Source: Candidatus Latescibacterota bacterium (lineage in GTDB: Bacteria > Latescibacterota > UBA2968). From it: a stretch of DNA of 64,000 bases. Positions within the stretch are counted from its first letter, which is position 1. Each line of letters begins with the position of its first letter. Below the pieces are notes generated by a model, which searched no databases, was not told where the DNA came from, and saw only the letters and a program-made list of their open reading frames with translations. The translations under genes were made by a program, and so were the position numbers. Positions 25,738 through 35,688 of this stretch are shown here, piece after piece. The stretch lies in NCBI GenBank assembly GCA_965204745.1, contig OZ242010.1:2752001-2816000 (forward strand), read 5' to 3'.

Positions 25738-26490
25738 CTATTCCTCCCATTCCCGCAACAACTGCTTTGCCAATTCCACGCACGCGAGGGCGTTTTCGCC
25801 GTAGCCGTCCGCGCCCATGTCGTCGGCAAATTCCTGGGTGACGGGCGCGCCGCCCACCATGATTTTCACGTCGTCTCGCAAATCCTCGTCGATAAACGCC
25901 TCGATAGTCTTGCCCATATTCGGCATGGTCGTGGTCAGCAATGCGGACATGCCCAACAAGTTGGCCCCGTGTTCTTCCACCGCGTCGATGAACTCGTCTT
26001 CGGATGTATCCACGCCCAAGTCGTGAACCACAAAGCCCGCGCCGCGCAGCATCATGATGCACAAATTTTTGCCGATATCGTGCAAATCGCCCTTGACCGT
26101 GCCCATGATCACCGTGCCGACGGGGTCGATGCCAGACGCGGACAAAATGGGTTCGATATGCGCCATCCCGGCTTTCATCGCGCGCGCACACGCCAGCACC
26201 TCGGGCACGAAAATAAAATTCTCCCGAAACTTGATCCCCACGATGCCCATGCCCGCGATCAAGCCGTCGTCCATAATCTCCAACGCGCCCACGCCGTCGT
26301 CCAATGCTTCTCGCGTCAGATGATCCACATCGAGATGCGCGCCGTCGATCAATGCGGCGGCAATGGCCTGCATTTCGACGCTCGCCCGCGAGAACGAGGC
26401 GATATTGCGCTGAATCTCATCCGGGCGTTCCAAAAACTCCTCGATCTCCTCGCGGATAAACGCATTTTGAATATCGCTCAACTCAGCCAT
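25738..26490 (-). CDS. Corrinoid (cobalamin-binding) protein
   Basis: FVPEVL, GTVKGDLHDIGKN (DxHxxG), SALLTTTM, MVGGAP. Confidence 0.9.
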   Translation of the reverse strand: MAELSDIQNAFIREEIEEFLERPDEIQRNIASFSRASVEMQAIAAALIDGAHLDVDHLTREALDDGVGALEIMDDGLIAGMGIVGIKFRENFIFVPEVLACARAMKAGMAHIEPILSASGIDPVGTVIMGTVKGDLHDIGKNLCIMMLRGAGFVVHDLGVDTSEDEFIDAVEEHGANLLGMSALLTTTMPNMGKTIEAFIDEDLRDDVKIMVGGAPVTQEFADDMGADGYGENALACVELAKQLLREWEE

Positions 26491-27526
26491 GGGCGTTCTC
26501 CGCGTGCCAATCTGCGACCGCTTTGGGGATTTCTTTCAAATTTTCGATAGCCGTCTGAAGCGGTATCGCGCACTCTGGCCCGATCATATCCACGCCCGCA
26601 TCGAGGTTTTGATACACTTCTTCGCGCACGGCTTGCGGGCCTTTGGCAAACAGGGTCTCCGGGTTGTTGATATTGCCCACCAGCGCGATGTGTTCCTTCA
26701 CGATCTCAATCGATTCATTGGGGTCGTTCTTGGAATCGTAGTGAAACGCGGCCATGCCGGTTTGCGCGATGTACGCCATGCGATCCACCGTGCGCCCGCA
26801 GATGTGCAAGATCAAGGGAATGGGGATGCGCTCGGCAAATTCGATGTGCAAGTCGCGCAAGTACCGGTCGTAGTACTCTCCGCTGACCAAATCGCCGGTC
26901 GCGTGATCCGGCAGGGTCAAGGCATCTGCGCCCGCTTCGATTTGCGCCCTGCCAAATGCGATGGTCACGTCTTTCAACTTGTCGAGAATTTGCCGCGTGT
27001 GATCCGGGTCGTCCAGCGAGAGGAGCAAAAAATCCTCCACGCCAAAGCAGTGGTACGCCAAGGACCAAGGCCCCATGGTCTTGCCGATAATCGCCACCTC
27101 GTCGCCGTATTCTTTCCGCAATATGCCTATCGCATCCAACACGCATTTCGTATCCGGATGCGTGAGCAAATTCGACGGGATTTCGATATCGTCCGCGGTT
27201 TGCCAGATCGGTTCTCTCATCTTCACGGTGGGCCAGTTGTCCTTTTGTTCCCACTGAATTTTGCACCCCAAGGCCGAGGATTCCTGAATGATCGTGAACA
27301 CCGGCATGATCGTGTCAAAGCCCAGTTCGGTATAACCCGTCGCGGCCAACCGCGCCATGGATTCCGCCTCGCGATTCGCCTGCGGGAACGGTGCATCGAC
27401 CAGGTCCATCAATTCCACGGTGGCGACCGACGTGGGATTGCACGTCGGCGTGCGATCCACCGGTTCGCGCTCGAGCGCGGCCAACACGCGGGCGCGTGGT
27501 TTCATCGGCGTTGTTTGATTGTGCAT
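26483..27526 (-). CDS. MtaA/CmuA-family methylcobalamin methyltransferase (URO-D fold)
   Basis: VDRTP, MGPWSL, AQIEAGAD, ILHICG (HxC), GNINN, PEC. Confidence 0.85.
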   Translation of the reverse strand: MHNQTTPMKPRARVLAALEREPVDRTPTCNPTSVATVELMDLVDAPFPQANREAESMARLAATGYTELGFDTIMPVFTIIQESSALGCKIQWEQKDNWPTVKMREPIWQTADDIEIPSNLLTHPDTKCVLDAIGILRKEYGDEVAIIGKTMGPWSLAYHCFGVEDFLLLSLDDPDHTRQILDKLKDVTIAFGRAQIEAGADALTLPDHATGDLVSGEYYDRYLRDLHIEFAERIPIPLILHICGRTVDRMAYIAQTGMAAFHYDSKNDPNESIEIVKEHIALVGNINNPETLFAKGPQAVREEVYQNLDAGVDMIGPECAIPLQTAIENLKEIPKAVADWHAENAHG

Positions 27527-27546
27527 GTAGGTCTCCGTTGTGTTGG

Positions 27547-27573
27547 TGGTCAGTGGTCAGTGGTCAGTGGTCA
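27547..27573 (+). repeat. Heptamer repeat (TGGTCAG)x4
   Basis: Read directly; supplies the stop codon of the methyltransferase gene. Confidence 0.85.
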
Positions 27574-28528
27574 GGTGCTCCCAGTCGATGGGAACTTGGG
27601 AGACCCTCTCATTTCCCGAAGGTTTATGTACGGGCTTGCCCATTGGTCGTATCTTCAATTTGCCCTCGTAGAAATCCACAATTCGCTTGCGGGCGATGGC
27701 GCAAAATAGCGCGTCCCTGTCGATAGATACGGCCCTGCGGTTGTGCTTGAGTGTTGCAATCGCCGCACTTCCAACGCCGCCATAAGGGTCCAGAACCCAA
27801 TCGTCTTCGCAGGTCATGGACAATACGCACCGCTCCACGAGTTCAACCGGAAACTGACAGGGATGTTCGGCTATTTTTTCGGGATGATTGGATTTGACAT
27901 TGGGAATATCCCACACGCAGTCGTCGAATTCCGATTGCAACAAATCCCAAAAATCCGAGGGATTCTTGCCCAAGGGATTGCCGCTGGGCATGCCTTTCTT
28001 CGCGCCCTTGTAATGCCTCTTGCCCGGGTATTTCGAGGGCACGCGAACGGGATCCAAATTGAAAATGTACCGGTCGCTCTTGGTGAACCAAAGCAGGGTT
28101 TCGTACCGGCCAGAAAAGCGTTTTTTGGCGTGCAACCCATGCCCAAAATGCCAGACGATTCTGTTTCGGAGTTGCAACCCCAAACTTTTGAACACCGGAT
28201 AAAAGTACATATCGAGCGGATAAACCTCGCCCTTATCGACGTAATTTCCCACTTGCCAACAGAGACTGCCATCGGATTTTAGGACGCGCACCAACTCGGC
28301 AATGACGGTTTTCTGCTCCGCTAAATAGGACGCAAAATCGTTCTTCTTTTCGTAAGTCTTGCCGATGTTATAGGGCGGCGAACTGATGATCAGGCTGAAA
28401 AATTCATCGGGCAATTCTCGACACGCTTCAAGCACATCCGCCCGTATCACGCTCATTTTCTGTTCGGGCTGAAAGTGCGGCGAAATTTCTGGCCTCTCCC
28501 CATTATCGGACAAGGTTAATTGTGCCAT
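27557..28528 (-). CDS. Orphan N4-cytosine DNA methyltransferase (beta class, M.BglII-like)
   Basis: Catalytic SPPY precedes the SAM motif (DPYGGVGS); WQVGNYV, RNRIVWHFGHGLH, FSGRYET, HPCQFP. No adjacent restriction endonuclease. Confidence 0.85.
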   Translation of the reverse strand: MAQLTLSDNGERPEISPHFQPEQKMSVIRADVLEACRELPDEFFSLIISSPPYNIGKTYEKKNDFASYLAEQKTVIAELVRVLKSDGSLCWQVGNYVDKGEVYPLDMYFYPVFKSLGLQLRNRIVWHFGHGLHAKKRFSGRYETLLWFTKSDRYIFNLDPVRVPSKYPGKRHYKGAKKGMPSGNPLGKNPSDFWDLLQSEFDDCVWDIPNVKSNHPEKIAEHPCQFPVELVERCVLSMTCEDDWVLDPYGGVGSAAIATLKHNRRAVSIDRDALFCAIARKRIVDFYEGKLKIRPMGKPVHKPSGNERVSQVPIDWEHLTTDH

Positions 28529-28587
28529 GACATGCTTCCAAATGATTGACGCGATTCCTCCCCAACCCTGCCGCGGGAGTTGGGCGG

Positions 28588-28792
28588 ACTGACAACTGAC
28601 AACTGACAACTGACAACTGACAACTGACAACTGACAACTGACAACTGACAACTGACAACTGACAACTGACAACTGACAACTGACAACTGACAACTGACAA
28701 CTGACAACTGACAACTGACAACTGACAACTGACAACTGACAACTGACAACTGACAACTGACAACTGACAACTGACAACTGACAACTGACAAC
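28588..28792 (+). repeat. Heptamer tandem repeat (ACTGACA)x29
   Basis: Perfect 7-nt periodicity; same unit as 9161-9269 on the opposite strand. Confidence 0.95.
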
Positions 28793-28802
28793 GGATTCTC
28801 CC

Positions 28803-29432
28803 CTAATTCTGCGCGCTTGGGGCCGCGAGTACGCCTCGTCTTGCGGCTTGTTCCAATTCTCGTAAAACCGACCGCACATTGGGCGCGCGCACCAGCAGGA
28901 TGCCCACCAAGGCATCGTGTGCCGTGCCGCAATCGAAGCGCACGCGATCTGCTACCACTTGTTCCAACTCGCCCAATTTTGCAAGCCCGCCGGCCACCAA
29001 CCGAACGCGCCGATCCGCGCCGCTTTCCTCGCGGTCCGCAGCGATTTGATACACCCCATCAGATCGGGCCGTGGCAGAAATGTGCAAGCCAGACTTCTTG
29101 TCCAAAATGGTCAATGGCCGCGCAGATATGTCGTCATCCATGCCCTGTTTGCACGCCTCCAAAAACAGCCGCTTCACGGCTAGGAGATGCGCCGCACCAC
29201 ACGGGAAGCGCAACAGGCCCTCGGGCGTTTCTTCCATGCCGCCCAAAACCCGCATCGCGCGGTTGACCGAATCGATCCGCGCCCTCGCGCCCTCGCGCTG
29301 GCTGTACGTGTGGACGCGAAACACCGTGCCCTGCGCGTTTTCCCGCTGATAAAGCCCGATTGAGATGTCGCAAAAATGGGCATCTATCGGTAGCAATTCG
29401 ATTCGCCGGCCAATATCCAAAGTTCGCTTCAT
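28803..29432 (-). CDS. Hypothetical protein, likely part of the corrinoid operon
   Basis: Clean 209-aa ORF with host-like codon usage, co-oriented upstream of the MtaA-like gene. Confidence 0.7.
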   Translation of the reverse strand: MKRTLDIGRRIELLPIDAHFCDISIGLYQRENAQGTVFRVHTYSQREGARARIDSVNRAMRVLGGMEETPEGLLRFPCGAAHLLAVKRLFLEACKQGMDDDISARPLTILDKKSGLHISATARSDGVYQIAADREESGADRRVRLVAGGLAKLGELEQVVADRVRFDCGTAHDALVGILLVRAPNVRSVLRELEQAARRGVLAAPSAQN

Positions 29433-29468
29433 GAAAATTCCCCGTTAGGCACAAAAGGCGAGCCGTGT

Positions 29469-29502
29469 GTAGGGGCGGTGCCCCGTGCTCGCCCAAAGAT
29501 AC
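29469..29502 (+). repeat. GTAG REP-like hairpin
   Basis: gtaggggcggtgccccgtgctcgcccaaagatac; family members at 9418, 18700, 22528 and 46720. Confidence 0.75.
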
Positions 29503-29522
29503 GAGATGGGAGCCCTTGGCTC

Positions 29523-30398
29523 TTAGCAGTCCGCAAAACAATAGCGATGCACGGCTTTGGCAAAGCCTTCGTTTTCGATGGGGTCGGTTTGCAAAATGTC
29601 TTCTCTGGCCACGGCGCGATGGGTTGCCGCATCGGCATTGTCCATGAGCACGCCCGTGCCAGCAACGCGCAACATGGGCAGATCGTTGTTGCCATCGCCA
29701 ACGGCCATCACTTCGTCGAGGCCGAGGCCGAGGTGCTCGGCAATCGCCGAAAGTGCCGCGCCCTTGTTCACGGCTGGGTGCATGATTTCAATGCGCCCGG
29801 CCACGGCCCATGCCATGTAAATTTGATCGCCAAATATGTCGTTGAGTTCTGCAACTGTTTCATCCGCACGTCCGACTTTGGGCAATAACATAATTTTGGG
29901 CGGCGTGGTCAACTCGTTTGCCAGTATTCGCCGGGCCAAATCCGCATCCACGTCATAGACCATATCGGTCATAGCGGCGACTGCGCGGCTCATCTCTGTG
30001 GTGTGGTCGGTTATGTACACCTCGCGGACGCCCTCGGGGTGCAGGTCGCATCGGCAATACACAAAATTCATCCGCTGTTCGGCGGCGTATTGAATCAGGG
30101 CTAAAAACACATCGTCGGGCAAACGCTGCTCGTGCATGACCTGGCGTTCACCGTTCAACACCTGCTTTGGCGAGAACACCATCGCGCCATTGTAGCACCC
30201 GGCGTACAGCGCGTCTGCGACATCGGGATCGGTCAAAAACGGAATTTGATTGCGCTCAAAATTGCGCCCACTCATCGACGCCACAGCCACCCCGCGCTCC
30301 AACAACGCCCGAATCGCCGCCATCGAGGCGTCCGACGGCTCATTCGAGTGATTCAGGATCGTCCCATCCAAATCAAATGCCACCAACTTGATCACCAT
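29523..30398 (-). CDS. Cof-type HAD-IIB hydrolase
   Basis: AFDLDGT, SGR, NGA, VNKG, AVGDGNNDLPML. Confidence 0.9.
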   Translation of the reverse strand: MVIKLVAFDLDGTILNHSNEPSDASMAAIRALLERGVAVASMSGRNFERNQIPFLTDPDVADALYAGCYNGAMVFSPKQVLNGERQVMHEQRLPDDVFLALIQYAAEQRMNFVYCRCDLHPEGVREVYITDHTTEMSRAVAAMTDMVYDVDADLARRILANELTTPPKIMLLPKVGRADETVAELNDIFGDQIYMAWAVAGRIEIMHPAVNKGAALSAIAEHLGLGLDEVMAVGDGNNDLPMLRVAGTGVLMDNADAATHRAVAREDILQTDPIENEGFAKAVHRYCFADC

Positions 30399-30526
30399 AG
30401 CTCTCCTGTCTGGGATCGCGGATTAAACGGATTACGCGGATTACACGGATTCCTCTCCGCTTCCCCACCTCCGCTATATTCTCCGCGCTACCTATATCCC
30501 CAATCCGTGTTTAGCTGTGGTTGCTT

Positions 30527-31564
30527 TTAGTCCACCAATGGCAAGCGCACTGCCCCCCCGCACTCTGCGGAGCGGTGGACTGCTTCGGTAAATTCCATGT
30601 ACTTCATGCCCTCGTAAAAGCTGGTATCGCCCTGCGGGCCACCTTTGATCGCGTGGATAAAATCCGCTTCCACGGTCCATTCTGCCACTTCGCCTTCGGG
30701 AATCGGGATTTCCTTTAATCGCTTATCCCCCGTTTTCGCGCCGAGGATTTGAGACCGCGTATCGTAGCTCAACGTGCCCGCGCTGCCGTGCGCTTCGACA
30801 ACGGATGGCCCGCCGAATTGAGACACGCCTGAAAACAAAAATGCCGCACGCGCGCCATTCTCCATTTGCCCGATGACGTGCGCCATATCGGGCGTTTCAA
30901 CCGGGCCCGTGCCAGGGCCGTCGGGCAGGGGGCGTTCTGGGGTAAAAATCTCGGTCTCTGCGGTCACGGTCGCCATGTAGCCAAACACGCGGGCCACGCG
31001 CTCCACCGTAATGCCCATGCCCAAAATGTTCAGCCCCGAGTACCGGCGGATCTGCCGCCAGTGCAAGGGCAAGTCCGCGTCCCAATACCGCCCGCCCAAG
31101 TCGCGCACATAAACGTGGAAAATATCGCCCAAATAGCCTTCATCGACCAACCGCCGCAAAAAACGCCCGGCCGGCCACGGCGGCGCAGGGCAAATTTGCG
31201 TCACCAAATCGCGCTCTTGACTCGCGGCGTACATCTGCTTGGCCTCGCGCAAATTCATCGCCATGCGCGCCTGCACAAACGTGTGTTTGCCCGCGTCCAA
31301 AGACGCCAAAACAAATTCACAGTGCTTGTAAGGCCAGGTGCCGATCATCACCGCGTCGATATCGCTGCGGTTCAACAGCGCGTAGGGATCGGTCATCGCC
31401 TCTGCTGACAGGCCCTGCTCCGCGATCACTTTTTCGCCGCTCTGCACGCTGCGATTGCAAATCGCCACCACCTCGGCATCGTCGATTTTTGCCAGTCCCG
31501 GAAAATGCCTGCTGCGAAAAATACCGCCCGCGCCAATAATGCCAATGCGAATTTTATCTGCCAT
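30527..31564 (-). CDS. Gfo/Idh/MocA family oxidoreductase
   Basis: IGIIGAGG, IDAVMIGTWP, AGKH. Confidence 0.85.
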   Translation of the reverse strand: MADKIRIGIIGAGGIFRSRHFPGLAKIDDAEVVAICNRSVQSGEKVIAEQGLSAEAMTDPYALLNRSDIDAVMIGTWPYKHCEFVLASLDAGKHTFVQARMAMNLREAKQMYAASQERDLVTQICPAPPWPAGRFLRRLVDEGYLGDIFHVYVRDLGGRYWDADLPLHWRQIRRYSGLNILGMGITVERVARVFGYMATVTAETEIFTPERPLPDGPGTGPVETPDMAHVIGQMENGARAAFLFSGVSQFGGPSVVEAHGSAGTLSYDTRSQILGAKTGDKRLKEIPIPEGEVAEWTVEADFIHAIKGGPQGDTSFYEGMKYMEFTEAVHRSAECGGAVRLPLVD

Positions 31565-31604
31565 CGTTCACCTCATCCTGTTTTGGGTCATCGTCTCGGG
31601 CCAT

Positions 31605-31633
31605 AATCTACGCGCATGTGGCACAGGGGTCAA
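31605..31633 (-). promoter_or_regulatory. Putative sigma70 promoter
   Basis: Minus strand TTGACC-N17-TAGATT upstream of ATG 31564. Confidence 0.45.
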
Positions 31634-31713
31634 GATTTTCAACCGCGGTTCAACCAAAAAAGCGGCCGTGGATTGATGCCCACTGCCGCTTTCTTTTTGG
31701 TCGATCACGGGTT

Positions 31714-32388
31714 TTACAAGAAGGCAATGGCCGCGTCCAAGCGGGGGAGAATGCGGTCGGCTACATCGTGATTTTGGTGTGCTGTGAAGAAATTGGGCAC
31801 GGCGAACACCGTCATGCCCGCTGCTTTTCCCGCTTGCACACCCGCCGCGCTGTCTTCAAACACCAGGCAGGCTTTGGGCGCGACATTGAGTTTTGCAGCG
31901 GCTTTGAGGTAAATTTCCGGGTCGGGTTTGAGATGCGCGACATCGCTGCCGGAAAGAACGGCCCCAAAAATGTCGCGGATCGCGGCGGCATTGACGTGCG
32001 GCAAAACGCCGTTTTGGAGCGTGGAGTGCATGCGGTGACGCGGCGTGGAAGACGCAATGCCGAGTTTGTACCCCGCGGTTTGGAGATGTGCGAGCAGGTC
32101 GAGAAACCCGGGCATGAGGGCGATTTGAGCGGGATCCGCAATCGCGGCCTCAAACCGGGTCATCCACGAGTGGAGAAAATCTTCCGGGCGAACCGGCAAT
32201 GCGTAGCGCGTCACCGCATTCGCGCTGTTGTCCGCTACCGGATGCCCAACGCAACGCACGTAATCCGCACGGGGAATGTCGACCCCCTGTTCATTGAGGG
32301 TCTGGTTATAGGTCTCGTAATAAAGGGTTTCCGTATCGACAATCAGGCCATCCATATCAAAGAGGACGGCCTGGTATGATTTCAACAT
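31714..32388 (-). CDS. HAD-IA family phosphatase
   Basis: FDMDGLIVDTE, ASST, KPDPEIY, FEDS..GVQAGKAAGM. Confidence 0.9.
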   Translation of the reverse strand: MLKSYQAVLFDMDGLIVDTETLYYETYNQTLNEQGVDIPRADYVRCVGHPVADNSANAVTRYALPVRPEDFLHSWMTRFEAAIADPAQIALMPGFLDLLAHLQTAGYKLGIASSTPRHRMHSTLQNGVLPHVNAAAIRDIFGAVLSGSDVAHLKPDPEIYLKAAAKLNVAPKACLVFEDSAAGVQAGKAAGMTVFAVPNFFTAHQNHDVADRILPRLDAAIAFL

Positions 32389-32406
32389 GATTTTTCCTGC
32401 GTGAAC

Positions 32407-33240
32407 TTAAAACTGATAGGAATAATACAGCGCGATGCCGTGTTCTTTCGCATAAGCCGCAACGGGTTCAGACGAGATCATATGCGTGATGAGAACGGGC
32501 AAGACATTTTCAAACTGAGGCCTCAGGGGCTTGAGCCTGCGGTTGATAAATCGTTCGATGTGATTGGCGGACAACTGACTCTTGCTCTCGCCGAGGATGA
32601 CCACCTCGCGCCCATTTTCGCGCCCTTTCCCATAAATGTTCACCTCGAGGGAACGGCCCCTATTATCCGTGAGATAGGTGCGAATGAGTTGGCCCTGCAC
32701 CTCAATGCCATAGTCGGCCTTGAGGAGCGCAGGCAGTGCGCGATAGGCCACATTTTCGAGCGTATAACCCACGGTCATCGAGAGGCCGCCAAGTTGTCTG
32801 CGGGTTTCTCGATGAGCACCGATCAAGTCGTTGAGCGTCTGTTCGGTGCGCGCTTGGGCCGCGGTCAACTTTTCAATCGCCGCTTCCACGCGCTCCAGAC
32901 GTTCTTCGGTACGCGCTTGGGCCGCGGCCAGTTCATCGATGCGTTCTTCGGTGCGCGCTTGGGCCGCGGTCAATTTTTCAATCGCCGCTTCCACACGCTC
33001 CAGACGTTCTTCGGTGCGCGCTTGGGCCGCGGTCAACTTTTCAATCGCCACTTCCACGCGCTCCAGACGTTCTTCGGTGCGCGCTTGGGCAATCGCCAGT
33101 CTTTTGACCGCATCCTTGAGGTCTTGCATATCGACAGAGGTGGCCAAGCCCGTGCGTTGTTCGTCCAACACCTCGGCGAGAATGGCAACTTGGTCGTCGG
33201 TGAACGCGCTCTCCAATCTGCGTTTCATCTCATGCAACAT
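32407..33240 (-). CDS. Coiled-coil repeat protein with C-terminal PD-(D/E)XK-like nuclease domain
   Basis: Tandem AQARTEERLERVEAAIEKLTA units, then GYTLE, EVNIYG and ILGESK; RBS AGGAG. Confidence 0.7.
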   Translation of the reverse strand: MLHEMKRRLESAFTDDQVAILAEVLDEQRTGLATSVDMQDLKDAVKRLAIAQARTEERLERVEVAIEKLTAAQARTEERLERVEAAIEKLTAAQARTEERIDELAAAQARTEERLERVEAAIEKLTAAQARTEQTLNDLIGAHRETRRQLGGLSMTVGYTLENVAYRALPALLKADYGIEVQGQLIRTYLTDNRGRSLEVNIYGKGRENGREVVILGESKSQLSANHIERFINRRLKPLRPQFENVLPVLITHMISSEPVAAYAKEHGIALYYSYQF

Positions 33241-33342
33241 CGTTTCTCCTGTTCCTTTTCTGTTGACCCCTATTGACTATCGGATAGCCAGCAGTGATTC
33301 AACCAGTGCATTCTCGTTACAACATCCTGCTGGTTCTTGATT

Positions 33343-33621
33343 TCAAATTGTCATCAAGCCTTTAAGGACACAAGAATGGGTGGAACCCCCAAAGTCATTT
33401 CCAAGTTCTTCAAAGAACGCTTGGAATGACGCGAAATACGACTGTAACTGCTTACCAGAAAGACCCTTACACTGCCCTCTTACTACGCCCCTCGTACTAG
33501 GTCGGCGTGTGACAGTGACTGCACTACCCTCGGATTTCACGCGGTCAGGACTTTTCGCCGCAACAGGATTTGATACTGCAAAATAACAAGCAACAATAAT
33601 CAACAAATCACCTACAAGACA
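33343..33621 (-). pseudogene. AT-rich decayed ORF with a signal-peptide-like start
   Basis: Strong RBS AAGGAGGTG then ATG TCT TGT AGG TGA; a shifted frame continues LLIIVACYFAVSNPVAA... Confidence 0.3.
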
Positions 33622-33635
33622 TCACCTCCTTTTGG

Positions 33636-35561
33636 TCAATATTCAACGGGTTCTTTTTTTGCAACGCGCCGGGCCGTTGCAGCAATGGCATCGGGCGAGA
33701 GGCCGGCTTCATCGCGCAGGTCGCCCTGTGAGCCGTGTTGAAAAAATCGGTCCGGAATGCCCAGCGTATAGACGCGCTGCCCATCGCGCAGGCGGTCACT
33801 CAGATAACGCGCAACAGCCGCGCCGAATCCACCTTCCGCGGTATTTTCTTCTATCGCGATCAGCACCTGATAGCGGTCGGATAGATCCTCGAGCATCGCC
33901 AAATCCATCGGCTTCACAAATCGGCAGTTGATCACAGCGGCAGAAATCCCGGCATCCAACAGCTTTTCCCGCGCTTGACGAGCGTGATCCACCATCGTGC
34001 CCACCGCGAGGAACACCACGTCCTCGCCCTCGGCCAATGCCTCCCATGAACCGATCTTCAGCACCTCGGGATCGCGCCCGGAAAGCGGGGTATGCACATT
34101 GCCGCGCGGGTATCGGATGGCAAACGGATAATCGACTTGTTGCACCGCCGTGTATAACAAATCTCGCAACTCATCGCCATCCTTTGGCGCGGTGACGATC
34201 ATATTGGGCACACAGGTCAAATACGACAGATCGAAATCCCCGTGATGCGTCGGGCCATCTGCCCCCACCAACCCGGCGCGATCCATGCAGAAAATCACCG
34301 GCGCGGACTGCAAGGCCACGTCGTGAATGATCTGATCGTACGCGCGTTGCAAAAACGTGGAATAAATCGCGGCCACAGGGCGCATGCCCTCGAGTGCCAT
34401 CCCGGTCGAAAACGTCACCGCGTGCTGCTCGGCAATGCCCACGTCGAAAAACCGGTCCGGATGGGCTTCGGCAAACGCATCCAACCCAGTGCCTTCGGAC
34501 ATCGCGGCGGTCACGGCCACCACCCGGCTGTCGCTGTTCGCCAACGCGATCAATGCCTCGCCAAAAACCGATTGGTACTTGGGCAGGGGCGTTGGGGACG
34601 ACGGCGGGCTGATCGCGTGGTACTTGGTCGAATCCGCGCTATACGGGTCTTCCTCGCCTTCGTGAATCGCCCCCTTGCCCTTGATCGTATGGACGTGCAA
34701 CAACACCGGGCCTTTCAAATCCCGCACGTTTTTCAGGGTTTGCACCATCGCTTGCAAATTATTCCCATCCAAAGGGCCGAGGTACCGAAACCCCAGTTCC
34801 TCAAACAAAATCCCCGGCACCAACATGCCCTTCAATCCCTCTTCAAACCCGCCCAGTGCGCGGCGCAAATTTTCGCCCACAACCGGAATGCGCCCGGCCA
34901 AATTCCACGCCTCTTCCTTGATTTTTTGATACAGGGGATCGCCCGTGATCCGGTCTTTCACGCGGTTGTAAATCGGGTCCGTAATAATGCGCGTCAAGTA
35001 GTGAGAAATCGCCCCCACATTGGGCGAAATGGACATGCGGTTGTCATTGAGAATCACCAGCAGATCGCGATGGGACGCGCCGGCATTGTTCAACCCCTCC
35101 AGCGCGATGCCACTCGTCATCGCGCCGTCGCCAATCACCGCGACCACCTTGTGGTTTTCCCCCATCAAATCGCGCTTGGTCGCAAAGCCCAAAGCCGCGG
35201 AAATCGACGTGCCCGCATGCCCCACGGCAAAGGTGTCGTAGCGGCTCTCACTCCGCAACGGAAACCCGCTGATCCCGCCCGGTTGCCGAATGGTCTTGAG
35301 CGCGTCGCGCCGCCCGGTCAGCACCTTGTGTCCATACGCCTGATGCCCTACATCCCACACGATTTTGTCCTGCGGCGTATCGTACAAGTGATGCAAGGCC
35401 ACGGTCAATTCCGCGGCTCCCAAACTGGACCCAAAATGCCCGCCAATCTCCGTCACCACGTCGATGATGTACTGCCGCAGTTCCGTGCAAACCTGCTGCA
35501 ATTCTGCCATCGACAGGGGCTTTAAGTCGTCAGGCGAGTTGATCGTTTCGAGAAGGGACAT
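33636..35561 (-). CDS. dxs: 1-deoxy-D-xylulose-5-phosphate synthase
   Basis: GGHFGSSLG, WDVGHQAYGHK, GHAGTSISA, IGDGAMT, LNDNRMSIS, DVGIAEQHA, YSTFLQRAYDQ, DGPTHHG. Confidence 0.96.
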   Translation of the reverse strand: MSLLETINSPDDLKPLSMAELQQVCTELRQYIIDVVTEIGGHFGSSLGAAELTVALHHLYDTPQDKIVWDVGHQAYGHKVLTGRRDALKTIRQPGGISGFPLRSESRYDTFAVGHAGTSISAALGFATKRDLMGENHKVVAVIGDGAMTSGIALEGLNNAGASHRDLLVILNDNRMSISPNVGAISHYLTRIITDPIYNRVKDRITGDPLYQKIKEEAWNLAGRIPVVGENLRRALGGFEEGLKGMLVPGILFEELGFRYLGPLDGNNLQAMVQTLKNVRDLKGPVLLHVHTIKGKGAIHEGEEDPYSADSTKYHAISPPSSPTPLPKYQSVFGEALIALANSDSRVVAVTAAMSEGTGLDAFAEAHPDRFFDVGIAEQHAVTFSTGMALEGMRPVAAIYSTFLQRAYDQIIHDVALQSAPVIFCMDRAGLVGADGPTHHGDFDLSYLTCVPNMIVTAPKDGDELRDLLYTAVQQVDYPFAIRYPRGNVHTPLSGRDPEVLKIGSWEALAEGEDVVFLAVGTMVDHARQAREKLLDAGISAAVINCRFVKPMDLAMLEDLSDRYQVLIAIEENTAEGGFGAAVARYLSDRLRDGQRVYTLGIPDRFFQHGSQGDLRDEAGLSPDAIAATARRVAKKEPVEY

Positions 35562-35688
35562 GATCGCTCCTAAGTGATCGTGAGGGCGGCGATAAAATGG
35601 TCGGACGCATTGTCCAAATATAACCAACACAAAAAAGATCACAAAGTTGAAAAAAGAAAACGCACGAATAGAATCCCGCCCAAGGCGG

